Below, one piece after another: positions 5,565 to 13,054 of a stretch of DNA of 14,119 bases. The translations under genes were made by a program, and so were the position numbers. The notes under the pieces are model-generated. The model saw only the letters and a program-made list of their open reading frames with translations. It was not told the DNA's origin and did not search any database. Position 1 is the first letter of the stretch; each line of letters opens with the position of its first letter. The DNA is from Pirellulales bacterium (lineage in GTDB: Bacteria > Planctomycetota > Planctomycetia > Pirellulales > JAICIG01): the NCBI GenBank assembly GCA_035534975.1, contig DATLQY010000933.1:1-14119 (forward strand), given 5' to 3'.

Positions 5565-7346
5565 ATGAAAAACTCTCTGAATGTGCCGTCGCCACTGTCT
5601 CGGCTCTCGTTATTGGCCGCCTGCCTCGTGGTGTGTACGCTGTTTACTCTCCCAAACGGGCTTGTGGCCGCCGACCCGATGAAATTGGCCCCCGAGTCGG
5701 CCGTTTTGTTCGTTGAGCTGGCCCGCCCGGAAACGATTCTCGACCCTGCTCTCGATCCCGCGACCCGGGACCTGTTCAAAGGGGTCGACGCCTACCGGAA
5801 GTACCTCGAATCGCCCCAGTACGCGCAGCTCCTGATGGTCAAGCCGGTCGTCGAAGCTCGGCTCGGCACGTCGTGGCAGGCGGCCGCGCGCGACATCCTG
5901 GGCGGCGGCGTCTATCTGGCCGTCGACGCCGCCAACTCATCGGCGCTGCTTTTCGTCCGCGGCCGCAAGCCGGAATTACTGACCAGGCTCAACGACCTGC
6001 TGATCGAGTTGATCGAGGGCGACGCCAAGAACAATGGCCGGCCTTCGCCCGTCAAGTCCGAGGAGCACCATGGCGTTCGGGGCTGGACATTCGGCGGGGA
6101 GGAAGCCCACACGATCATCGACGACCTTTTGGTCATCAGCAATAAGTCCGACGCCCTGAAGGGGGTGATCGACCGCTGGCGCGACCCCGACGCCAAGGGG
6201 TTGGCGAGCGTGGCTGCATTCCAGCAGGCGCGTGGCGAACAGCTCGCGGGCGCCGTCGCCTGGCTTTGGACTGATCTGGCCGCGGTGCGCAAAGTGCCGA
6301 ACGTCGAAGCGGCGTTGGCCAAACGCTCGACCAATCCCTTGGGCGAACTGCTGATCGGAGGCGTAATCGACGCGGCCCGAGACGCACCTTTCACCACCGC
6401 CAGCCTGCGGCTCGACGGCGGACACATTCGTTTGCGGGCAGAGCTTCCACGTGACGCCTCGAAAACGGCCGCCTCACGAGCCTGGTTCTTCGCCGCGCAG
6501 GCAGACCAGGGAGCGCCTGCCGCTTTGTCGCCCAAAGGGACGATCGGCACGCTGACCGCTTTCCGCGACCTGGCCGGCCTTTGGTTGGCGCGCGACGAGT
6601 TGTTCGACGAAAAAACAGTGGCCGGCTTCGCCCAGGCCGATACGCAATTGGGGCTGTTCTTCTCGGGCCTCGACTTTGGGCCCGAAGTGCTCGGCGAGTT
6701 GCTGCCCGGCTTTCAGTTCATCGTCGCCAGGCAGGAATTCAGCGCGGAGGAACCGGTGCCGGCCCTCAAGCTGCCTGCGATGGCGCTGGTATTGAGTACC
6801 AAACACCCCGAAGAATTCGCCGGTCAACTGTTGCTGGCGTACCAGAAAATCGTCGGACTGACGAACATCGTCGGCGGACAGCAAGGACAACCACAGTTGA
6901 TGCTTTCGACCGAAGAATGCCAGGGGGCGACGATCAACAAGGCCGTCTACATGAAGCCTCCCAAGGGGACCGCCAAGGACAAGGCGCCTACCAACTACAA
7001 TTTCAGCCCGGCGTGCGCCCGCGTTGGCGAGCACTTCATCTACGGCTCGACGGTTGGCATCGTCCGGCAGCTCATCGAGCGGCTGACGCATGGGACGATG
7101 CCCGCGACCGACGGCAACATTTCGCTGGCGCTCGAATCAGGGCCTTTGGCGGCGATTTTGGAGGACAATCGTGAGCTGCTGATTACCCAGAACATGCTCT
7201 CCGAAGGTCGCAGCCGCCAGGAAGCCGAGCAGGCAATCGCAACCTGGTTCCAAATCGTGCGGCTGCTTGACCGCGCCCAGGTTCGGCTGGTGGCCGACGC
7301 GAAGGTGGTCTCGCTGGAGCTTTCGGCGGAGATCGCGCCGCGCTAG
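5565..7346 (+). CDS. Secreted protein of unknown function (593 aa) with an N-terminal Sec signal peptide
   Basis: Long ORF with balanced composition. The signal peptide is MKNSLNVPSPLSRLSLLAACLVVCTLFTLPNGLVAADP. I recognise no catalytic motifs. Confidence 0.75.
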   Translation: MKNSLNVPSPLSRLSLLAACLVVCTLFTLPNGLVAADPMKLAPESAVLFVELARPETILDPALDPATRDLFKGVDAYRKYLESPQYAQLLMVKPVVEARLGTSWQAAARDILGGGVYLAVDAANSSALLFVRGRKPELLTRLNDLLIELIEGDAKNNGRPSPVKSEEHHGVRGWTFGGEEAHTIIDDLLVISNKSDALKGVIDRWRDPDAKGLASVAAFQQARGEQLAGAVAWLWTDLAAVRKVPNVEAALAKRSTNPLGELLIGGVIDAARDAPFTTASLRLDGGHIRLRAELPRDASKTAASRAWFFAAQADQGAPAALSPKGTIGTLTAFRDLAGLWLARDELFDEKTVAGFAQADTQLGLFFSGLDFGPEVLGELLPGFQFIVARQEFSAEEPVPALKLPAMALVLSTKHPEEFAGQLLLAYQKIVGLTNIVGGQQGQPQLMLSTEECQGATINKAVYMKPPKGTAKDKAPTNYNFSPACARVGEHFIYGSTVGIVRQLIERLTHGTMPATDGNISLALESGPLAAILEDNRELLITQNMLSEGRSRQEAEQAIATWFQIVRLLDRAQVRLVADAKVVSLELSAEIAPR

Positions 7347-7360
7347 GCAAACATATACTC

Positions 7361-7415
7361 GTTCCCACGCTCTGCGTGGGAACGGCTCTTCGGCCGCTCT
7401 GCGGCCACGTTTTTC
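7361..7415. terminator. Bidirectional intrinsic terminator between convergent genes, made of a REP-like hairpin plus a second hairpin and a T-run
   Basis: Hairpin 1 is gttcccacgc-tct-gcgtgggaac (7361-7383, 10-bp stem). Hairpin 2 is ggccgc-tct-gcggcc (7392-7406). It is followed by acgttttt (7407-7414), which overlaps the UbiD stop at 7414-7416. On the minus strand, hairpin 1 is followed by gagtatatgttt. Confidence 0.5.
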
Positions 7416-9276
7416 ATAGAATCCCATGCAGCGCACCGCCGGGCGCGGCCAACGCGTCGACCCGGCGGCTAATGGCGGGGTCATCGACCAAGGGGGGCGC
7501 GTGGTGCGGCTTGGAACGCGCGTCGATGACGAGACTGCCGTGACATCCCCAATGTTTCTCATCGACGAAACTTCCGATCCCATACACGTCGGCCGCCGGG
7601 TTCGATCGGGTAAACGTGACCCAGAGAAAATTGTTCAGCGTGCGCGCGGCGAACTCGCTGTCGTCCACGACCACCGCCAATGGGAATCCATGAATCGCGT
7701 CATCATTTCCGTAACTTTCGCAAAACCGCTGGACCACCCGGTCGCGGCCGGCCGCGTCGGCCGAAAAGGGCGGACCGGTCAGAACCAGCACGCCGGGCAG
7801 CGCGACGCGCGGCTCGCGAAACCCCTCGGCCAACCGAGGTCCGTTCGGCGGAACGACGGCCAGCTCGCGCCGTGGCGGCCCCACCGCGGCGATGACCACC
7901 TTCGAGCCTTCGTTCAACGCGCCGCCGGAGTAGTCGAGCGTGTCGATCGTCGTCCTGGTCTGAAAGTGCAGGTCGCGGCACCAATCGACGCGCTGGAGCA
8001 CGTGCCGAAAAAAGGCGGGAATGTCGTGGATGTCGAGGCCGGGGTGGTCTTCCTGGGCCACGATCCAAAGGTACTTGGCCAGCGACATTTGTCCTTGCCC
8101 GAGGATCGCGTTGGCCTGCGTCAGCAGTTCCTGCGGCCGCCGGCGCTCGGCGTAGGGCACGTATCGCTCGCTGCCGATCGCCAATAGCAAAGGATGTACG
8201 CCGGCCGCGTCGACCGCATGCACCGCCCGGACGCCATGCACGACCGTCGGAATCACCGGTCCTGTCAGCTCGTGAACGAATTGCCCGAACGCCGTATCTT
8301 CCTGCGGCGGTCGGCCAACAACGGTGAAAGGCCAAATGGCGCCGGCACGATGGTACACGTGCTCCACCCGCAACACGGGAAAGTCGTGCGCCAACGAATA
8401 GTAGCCCAGGTGATCGCCAAACGGGCCTTCGGGAAGCTGTCTCTCGCCATCCACATGGCCCGTAATGCAGAAGTCGGCCTCGGAGTGAATCGGCGACAAG
8501 CCGGGCCGCTCGATCAACGGCACCCGCCGGCCGCCCAGCGCTCCGGCGAAGGCGATTTCGGGGAGCCCTTCGGGTAACGGCATCACGGCGGCCACGGCCA
8601 TCGCCGGGGGTCCGCCGACGAAAATGCTTACCGGCAGCCGATCGCCCCTCCCGATCGCCTCGGCGTGGTGTACGCCGATGCCTCGATGAATTTGGTAGTG
8701 AAGGCCGACATCCTCATTGGGCCGGTACTGATTGCCCGACAATTGCACGCGGTACATCCCCAGGTTCGAGTGCCGCCAGCCGGGCTTCTCCGCGCTTTCG
8801 GTATAGACCTGGGGCAGCGTGATGAAGGGTCCACCGTCGTTGGGCCAGCAGGTGACCCGCGGCAACTGGTCGATCGCGATTTCATTTGCCAGCACCGGCC
8901 CGCTCGAAACGCGCCGCGGTCGAGCGTGCGTCGCCGCGCGCAGGGCGCCCAGGAACCGCCACGGGCGGCGGCCCAGGTTGCCCGGATCGACCTTCAGCTC
9001 GACGAGCCGCCGCACATCGTCAAGCGTGTCGCGGAACAGATAGCGCAGGCGCTCGATCGAGCCGAACACGTTGCTGACCAGCGGAAAAGCACAGCCTTTG
9101 GGGCGCGTGTAAAGGACCGCCGGACCGCCTGCGGCGTACACGCGCCGCTGGATCTCGGCGACCTCCAGGTAGGGATCGACCGGCGCATCGAGCCGCACCA
9201 AATGGCCGGCGGCGGCCAGATCGTCGAGGCATGCTTTGAGTGTACGGTAGCCCATGCGTAGATTGTCATTGGTCAT
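7414..9276 (-). CDS. UbiD-family decarboxylase (prenylated-FMN-dependent 4-hydroxybenzoate-decarboxylase / menaquinone-biosynthesis decarboxylase family)
   Basis: 620-aa ORF. The N-terminus MGYRTLKACLDDLAAAGHLVRLDAPVDPYLEVAEI parallels the E. coli UbiD N-terminus ([33 protein letters not shown]). Conserved UbiD-like blocks run throughout. The start may be ATG 9276 (MTNDNLRMGY) or ATG 9255 (MGYRTLK). Confidence 0.85.
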   Translation of the reverse strand: MTNDNLRMGYRTLKACLDDLAAAGHLVRLDAPVDPYLEVAEIQRRVYAAGGPAVLYTRPKGCAFPLVSNVFGSIERLRYLFRDTLDDVRRLVELKVDPGNLGRRPWRFLGALRAATHARPRRVSSGPVLANEIAIDQLPRVTCWPNDGGPFITLPQVYTESAEKPGWRHSNLGMYRVQLSGNQYRPNEDVGLHYQIHRGIGVHHAEAIGRGDRLPVSIFVGGPPAMAVAAVMPLPEGLPEIAFAGALGGRRVPLIERPGLSPIHSEADFCITGHVDGERQLPEGPFGDHLGYYSLAHDFPVLRVEHVYHRAGAIWPFTVVGRPPQEDTAFGQFVHELTGPVIPTVVHGVRAVHAVDAAGVHPLLLAIGSERYVPYAERRRPQELLTQANAILGQGQMSLAKYLWIVAQEDHPGLDIHDIPAFFRHVLQRVDWCRDLHFQTRTTIDTLDYSGGALNEGSKVVIAAVGPPRRELAVVPPNGPRLAEGFREPRVALPGVLVLTGPPFSADAAGRDRVVQRFCESYGNDDAIHGFPLAVVVDDSEFAARTLNNFLWVTFTRSNPAADVYGIGSFVDEKHWGCHGSLVIDARSKPHHAPPLVDDPAISRRVDALAAPGGALHGIL

Positions 9277-9294
9277 TGGTCATTGGTCATTGGT
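9267..9294. repeat. Heptanucleotide tandem repeat (CATTGGT)x4, reading (ACCAATG)x4 on the minus strand, overlapping the first codons and start of the UbiD-family gene
   Basis: Units lie at 9267-9273, 9274-9280, 9281-9287 and 9288-9294, preceded by the degenerate unit gattgt. An inverted partial copy (caaatga)x2 lies at 9371-9384. Confidence 0.7.
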
Positions 9295-9428
9295 TACTTG
9301 TAATCGGCCCTCCGTCAAAAGCCAATGCGTCTGCGACGTTACCACGCCAGGAGTGGGAACGAGGACTCGGCAAATGACAAATGACTAATCTGCAACTCGT
9401 TCGGGGCACCCGCGCGGCGGGGCAACTC

Positions 9429-9452
9429 GCTCCCACGCTCTGCGTGGGAACG
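9429..9452. repeat. Second copy of the REP-like hairpin cccacgc-tct-gcgtggg (same element as 7361-7383)
   Basis: actcgctcccacgctctgcgtgggaacgcctc (9425-9456) versus actcgttcccacgctctgcgtgggaacggctc (7356-7387). Partial copies appear as caactcgttc (9394-9403) and gggaacgagg (9354-9363, 9542-9551). Confidence 0.6.
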
Positions 9453-9576
9453 CCTCCCCGGACGCTCCGCGTCCCCGATCCAACGCAGAGAGTCGGAGTA
9501 CCAACCGCGGACGTCGCGCGGCGTCAGAAACGTTCCCCGGCGGGAACGAGGTTCATGGAAACCTGCGAATAACCAT

Positions 9577-9605
9577 TTGACAACCCGCACACGGTCCCCC
9601 ATGAT
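9577..9605 (+). promoter_or_regulatory. Candidate sigma70-type promoter for the NfeD-like/flotillin operon
   Basis: Perfect TTGACA at 9577-9582, a 17-nt spacer, and catgat (4/6 match to TATAAT) at 9600-9605. The ~95-nt leader contains a G/C hairpin ccccc-atgatgac-ggggg (9595-9616) followed by tcgttttt (9623-9630). Confidence 0.3.
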
Positions 9606-9703
9606 GACGGGGGGTCGGGCGGTCGTTTTTCCGCAAGATTCGCATTTCTTTGGCGAAGACCAATTCAGATTCGGTCGTCCAGCGAATATCGGAGTCGCCG
9701 ATC

Positions 9704-10324
9704 ATGACTACGTTCTATGTTGTTTGCGCTGTTTTGGGCGGGACCGTTCTTGCTTGCCAGTTTGTGATGACGCTCTTGGGTCTGGACCACGCTGACGTGC
9801 CGGATGACGTTCCCCATGATTTCGGCCATGACCTTGCTCACGGCGGTCAGGATTCCGCCCACGACGCGCATTCGGACCATAACCAGTCGTGGTTTTTCGG
9901 GGTATTGACGTTCCGTACAGTGGTGGCGGCATTGACGTTTTTCGGCATTGCCGGACTTGCAGGCACGTCGGCCGATTGGCCTACGCCCTGGACTTTGGTG
10001 GTCAGCACGGGGGCCGGCGCGGGGGCCATGTTCGGCGTACATTGGATGATGCAGGCATTGCACAAGCTCCGTGCTGACGGCACGGTTCGTATCCAACGCG
10101 CGGTGGGCCGGCCGGCCAGCGTTTACCTGCGTATTCCGTCGCGGAAGAGCGGCGTCGGCAAAGTACAAGTGAACGTGCAGAACCGCACGATGGAATATGA
10201 GGCCATGACTTCCCAGGAGGAGGAACTCCCCGTCGGAGCGCGGGTCGTGGTGGTCGACGTCGTCGGACCTGAAACCGTCGAAGTCGAATTGGCGCCCGAC
10301 CATGAAAGGACCTCCCATGTCTAA
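9704..10324 (+). CDS. NfeD-like membrane protein (YqiJ/DUF1449-like), the usual partner of SPFH/flotillin proteins
   Basis: GGAG lies 9 nt upstream of ATG 9704. The N-terminal TM helix is followed by a His/Asp-rich loop (HDFGHDLAHGGQDSAHDAHSDH), further TM helices, and a C-terminal OB-fold-like soluble domain. The gene immediately precedes and overlaps a flotillin-like gene, which is the classic yqiJK / yuaF-floT arrangement. The ORF track starts at 9650, but the N-terminus from 9704 is more credible. Confidence 0.75.
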   Translation: MTTFYVVCAVLGGTVLACQFVMTLLGLDHADVPDDVPHDFGHDLAHGGQDSAHDAHSDHNQSWFFGVLTFRTVVAALTFFGIAGLAGTSADWPTPWTLVVSTGAGAGAMFGVHWMMQALHKLRADGTVRIQRAVGRPASVYLRIPSRKSGVGKVQVNVQNRTMEYEAMTSQEEELPVGARVVVVDVVGPETVEVELAPDHERTSHV

Positions 10325-11951
10325 TTTCTGCCTCTTGGGTGACGCTTTATTGGGCCAGATCGGTTCACCGGGCTTGTGGTGGGGCGCGGCCTTAGTCGCA
10401 GCGGTGGTCATTGCCTTCATGTTCGCCGTGCAGTTGGCGACGCGTTACAAACGTTGCCCAAGCAACCGCGTGCTGGTGATCTATGGCAAGGCGGGCGCCA
10501 CTGGCGATACGTCAAAGTGCATCCACGGCGGCGCCGCGATGGTTTGGCCCCTGATCCAGGACTACGCCTGGCTCAGTCTGGAACCGATCCAAATCGAGAT
10601 TCCGCTTCGAGGCGCGCTATCTGCTGAAAACATTCGAGTCAATGTTCCCAGCGTGTTCACGGTGGCTGTCGGCACCAGCCCCGAGGTGATGACCAACGCG
10701 GCCATCCGCCTGCTGGGCCTGAACACCCCACAGGTCAAGCAACAAGCCGAGGAAATCATCTTCGGCCAGATGCGGCAGGTGATCGCCTCGATGCGGATCG
10801 AAGACATCAACCGCGACCGCGAGACGTTCCTCGAACACGTCCAGCGCTCTTTGGAGCCGGAGTTGAAGAAGGTCGGGCTGGTGCTGATCAACGTCAACAT
10901 CACCGACATCACCGACGAGTCGGGGTATATCGACGCGATCGGCCAAAAGGCCGCGTCGCAGGCCATCCAACAGGCCCGCGGCGACGTGGCGGAACAGTTG
11001 AAGTTGGGTGAAACCCGCGTTGCCGAGGCCGAACGCGACAAGGTCGTGCAGGTCGCCGAGGCGACCAAGCACCGCGAGATCGGCACCCGCGACGCGCAGC
11101 GCGAGCAGGCCGTGCGGATCGCCGATCTGCAGAAGGCGCAAGCCATCGGAGAACAGACCGCGGCGTTCGAACGTGAAGCACAGGTCAAGGACGCCGAGCG
11201 GACGATGCGCATCAGGCTGGCCGACGCCAACGCCAAGGCGATCACCGGCGAGAACGAAGCCCAGGCCGAAATCGCCGCATCGCAGGCCGCCTTGCTGGTC
11301 AAGAAGGCCGACGCCTACGCCATAGGTGAGACTCGCAAGCGCGAGGCCGAAGCCTCCGTGTTGGAGGCCCAGAACCGGGCGATGGCCAAGGCCGCGCTGG
11401 CCGAGGCCGAGCGTGTCGAGGCCGAACGCCGAGCCGCGGTGGAAGCCCCGGCCAAGGCCGAGAAGGCCAAGCTCATCGTGCAGGCCGAGGCCGAGGCCGA
11501 AAAGCGCCGCATCGAGGCCGAAGGCGAGGCGAAAGCCATCTTCGTCAAGCTCGAGGCTGAGGCGCGCGGACAGTTCGAGATCCTGGCCAAGAAGGGCGAA
11601 GGTCTGCGCGAGATCATCTCGGCCTGCGGCGGCGCCAAGGAAGCCTTCCAACTACTGATGCTCGAGCACCTCGACCACCTGGCCCAGGTCTCGGCCCACG
11701 CCATTTCGAACATCAAGTTCGACAAGGTGGTGGTCTGGGAGAACGGCGGGCACAACGGCACCACGAACACCGCCAGCTTCCTGCAAGGCATGGCACGCAC
11801 GTTGCCGCCCATGATGCAGGTGCTCAAGGACATCGGCGGAGTCGAGTTGCCCGATTCGTTGGTTAAGCTCGGCCAGTCCGAGGGAGCGCCCGGCGAGTCG
11901 GCCAACGGTGTGCATGCCAAGGACGAGAACCAGCCCGCGGCCGTCTCCTGA
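10317..11951 (+). CDS. Flotillin-like SPFH/band-7 domain protein (YqiK/FloT-like) with a long Ala/Glu-rich coiled-coil region
   Basis: An N-terminal TM helix is followed by an SPFH domain (VLVIYGKAG...IQIEIPLRGALSAENIRVNV...) and about 200 aa of EA/KA-rich repeats, typical of bacterial flotillins. AAAGGA lies 6 nt upstream of ATG 10317, and the gene overlaps the upstream gene's stop by 8 nt. An alternative start is at 10302. Confidence 0.85.
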   Translation: MSNFCLLGDALLGQIGSPGLWWGAALVAAVVIAFMFAVQLATRYKRCPSNRVLVIYGKAGATGDTSKCIHGGAAMVWPLIQDYAWLSLEPIQIEIPLRGALSAENIRVNVPSVFTVAVGTSPEVMTNAAIRLLGLNTPQVKQQAEEIIFGQMRQVIASMRIEDINRDRETFLEHVQRSLEPELKKVGLVLINVNITDITDESGYIDAIGQKAASQAIQQARGDVAEQLKLGETRVAEAERDKVVQVAEATKHREIGTRDAQREQAVRIADLQKAQAIGEQTAAFEREAQVKDAERTMRIRLADANAKAITGENEAQAEIAASQAALLVKKADAYAIGETRKREAEASVLEAQNRAMAKAALAEAERVEAERRAAVEAPAKAEKAKLIVQAEAEAEKRRIEAEGEAKAIFVKLEAEARGQFEILAKKGEGLREIISACGGAKEAFQLLMLEHLDHLAQVSAHAISNIKFDKVVVWENGGHNGTTNTASFLQGMARTLPPMMQVLKDIGGVELPDSLVKLGQSEGAPGESANGVHAKDENQPAAVS

Positions 11952-11960
11952 GGCCGTAAT

Positions 11961-12986
11961 TCATTCCCTCTCAATGTCCAATATCCTCTTGTACCGCGCT
12001 ACTTCCGCCGCCTTGTGACCTTGACCGACGCGACTGTAATCCACGCGGAGGTTTTCCAGCATGCGCACCAGCGTGGCGCGTTTCGGACAAGGGACGATGT
12101 ACTGCTCGAGATTGATCCGCCCGTTGGCGAGGCGGATCGCCTGGGCAAGCGTTTCGCGCGGGACGACGCGCGCGCCGTTGTACGGGTCGAATATGATGTC
12201 GCCGCGGTCGAAGCCCGCGGGCGCGCGTGAGCCGTCGTACATGACCATGTAACGGTGGTTGGGGAGAGTCAGCCCGACGATGGGCACGCGCAGCCGTTCG
12301 GCCACCGCGACGACCACGTGCGAAAGCGTGATCGGCAAACCACGCTTCGTGCGAAGCGCCAACTCCAGCGAGCTGTTATCGGGGCTCTCGCCGACCATCA
12401 CTCCTTTGAAACCTTCGTCGCCGAAGAGTGCGGCGCGCAGCGCCTCGACGACTTGCGCGGGATCGGCCTTCGCCGGATCGACGTCGTCGCCCAGTTGCTG
12501 GCGGACGGCGGAAGCCAAGGCGTCGAGTTGCCCGCTCAGCTCTTCGCGCCGCACGAGCGGATTGCCGATCCGGGCGACCAGCCACATCCCCTGGTCCAAG
12601 TCGATCTTGAAGTCGACCTCTTGCGCCGCGAGTCGCTCGAAATCGGCCGACAAGGCGGCTTGCGAGATCCGGTCGGCGATCCTGATGACGCGGAAGCTGA
12701 CTTCGTGCGACGCGCCTTCTCGCCGCGTGCGCAGCGCGGGCAAGGCCGGCGCGCCGATTTCGAGCAACCGCCGCTCGGCCGCTGCGCGCACGCTGAAATG
12801 GTCGTCGTCCAAGGCCGTGATCGCGCGTTCGATGCGGTCGGCCTGTACGAAATGCTCGGCATGTCCATGCAGATCGTCCGTCGATACCGGCCCAGTTGCC
12901 GTCGCCGGCTCGGCGGCCAAGGCCGCGCCGATTTCCAGCACCGCGACGAACCATGACAGCGCGAGCATGGTTTTGACCCTCGACAT
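11961..12986 (-). CDS. Secreted transglutaminase-like superfamily protein (SirB1/UPF0162-like core) with N-terminal HEAT-like repeats
   Basis: The signal peptide is MLALSWFVAVLEIGAALAAEP. The core GLPITLSHVVVAVAERLRVPIVGLTLPNHRYMVMYDGS matches the UPF0162/SirB1 signature G.PI.L..V...A.RLG.P..GV..P.HF. Confidence 0.7.
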   Translation of the reverse strand: MSRVKTMLALSWFVAVLEIGAALAAEPATATGPVSTDDLHGHAEHFVQADRIERAITALDDDHFSVRAAAERRLLEIGAPALPALRTRREGASHEVSFRVIRIADRISQAALSADFERLAAQEVDFKIDLDQGMWLVARIGNPLVRREELSGQLDALASAVRQQLGDDVDPAKADPAQVVEALRAALFGDEGFKGVMVGESPDNSSLELALRTKRGLPITLSHVVVAVAERLRVPIVGLTLPNHRYMVMYDGSRAPAGFDRGDIIFDPYNGARVVPRETLAQAIRLANGRINLEQYIVPCPKRATLVRMLENLRVDYSRVGQGHKAAEVARYKRILDIERE

Positions 12987-12990
12987 CCGT

Positions 12991-13044
12991 GGGGCAGGTT
13001 TCTAACCTGCCATAAAACGGTATGGCAGGTTGAAAACCTGCCCC
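12991..13044 (-). terminator. Twin hairpins (ggcaggtt-N3-aacctgcc, two copies), a putative intrinsic terminator / intercistronic structure downstream of the DUF3500-like gene
   Basis: Hairpin A is ggggcaggtt-tct-aacctgcc (12991-13011). Hairpin B is ggcaggtt-gaa-aacctgcccc (13024-13044). On the minus strand, hairpin B is followed by ataccgTTTTat. The outer gggg/cccc could also close a 54-nt cruciform. Confidence 0.4.
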
Positions 13045-13054
13045 ACGTTCGAAA

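Noticed and set aside
9381-9795. ORFs 9381..9572 (63 aa, starts MTN mirroring the UbiD start) and 9577..9795 (72 aa) in the UbiD-NfeD intergenic region
   Set aside because: Both run through the REP-like hairpin, the heptamer repeat and the promoter-like elements. They are Arg/Pro-rich and overlap the better-supported NfeD-like start at 9704.
11938-11957. Weak hairpin cggcc-N9-ggccg spanning the flotillin stop codon
   Set aside because: The stem is only 5 bp with no U-tract, in a 9-bp gap between convergent genes. It is too weak to call a terminator.
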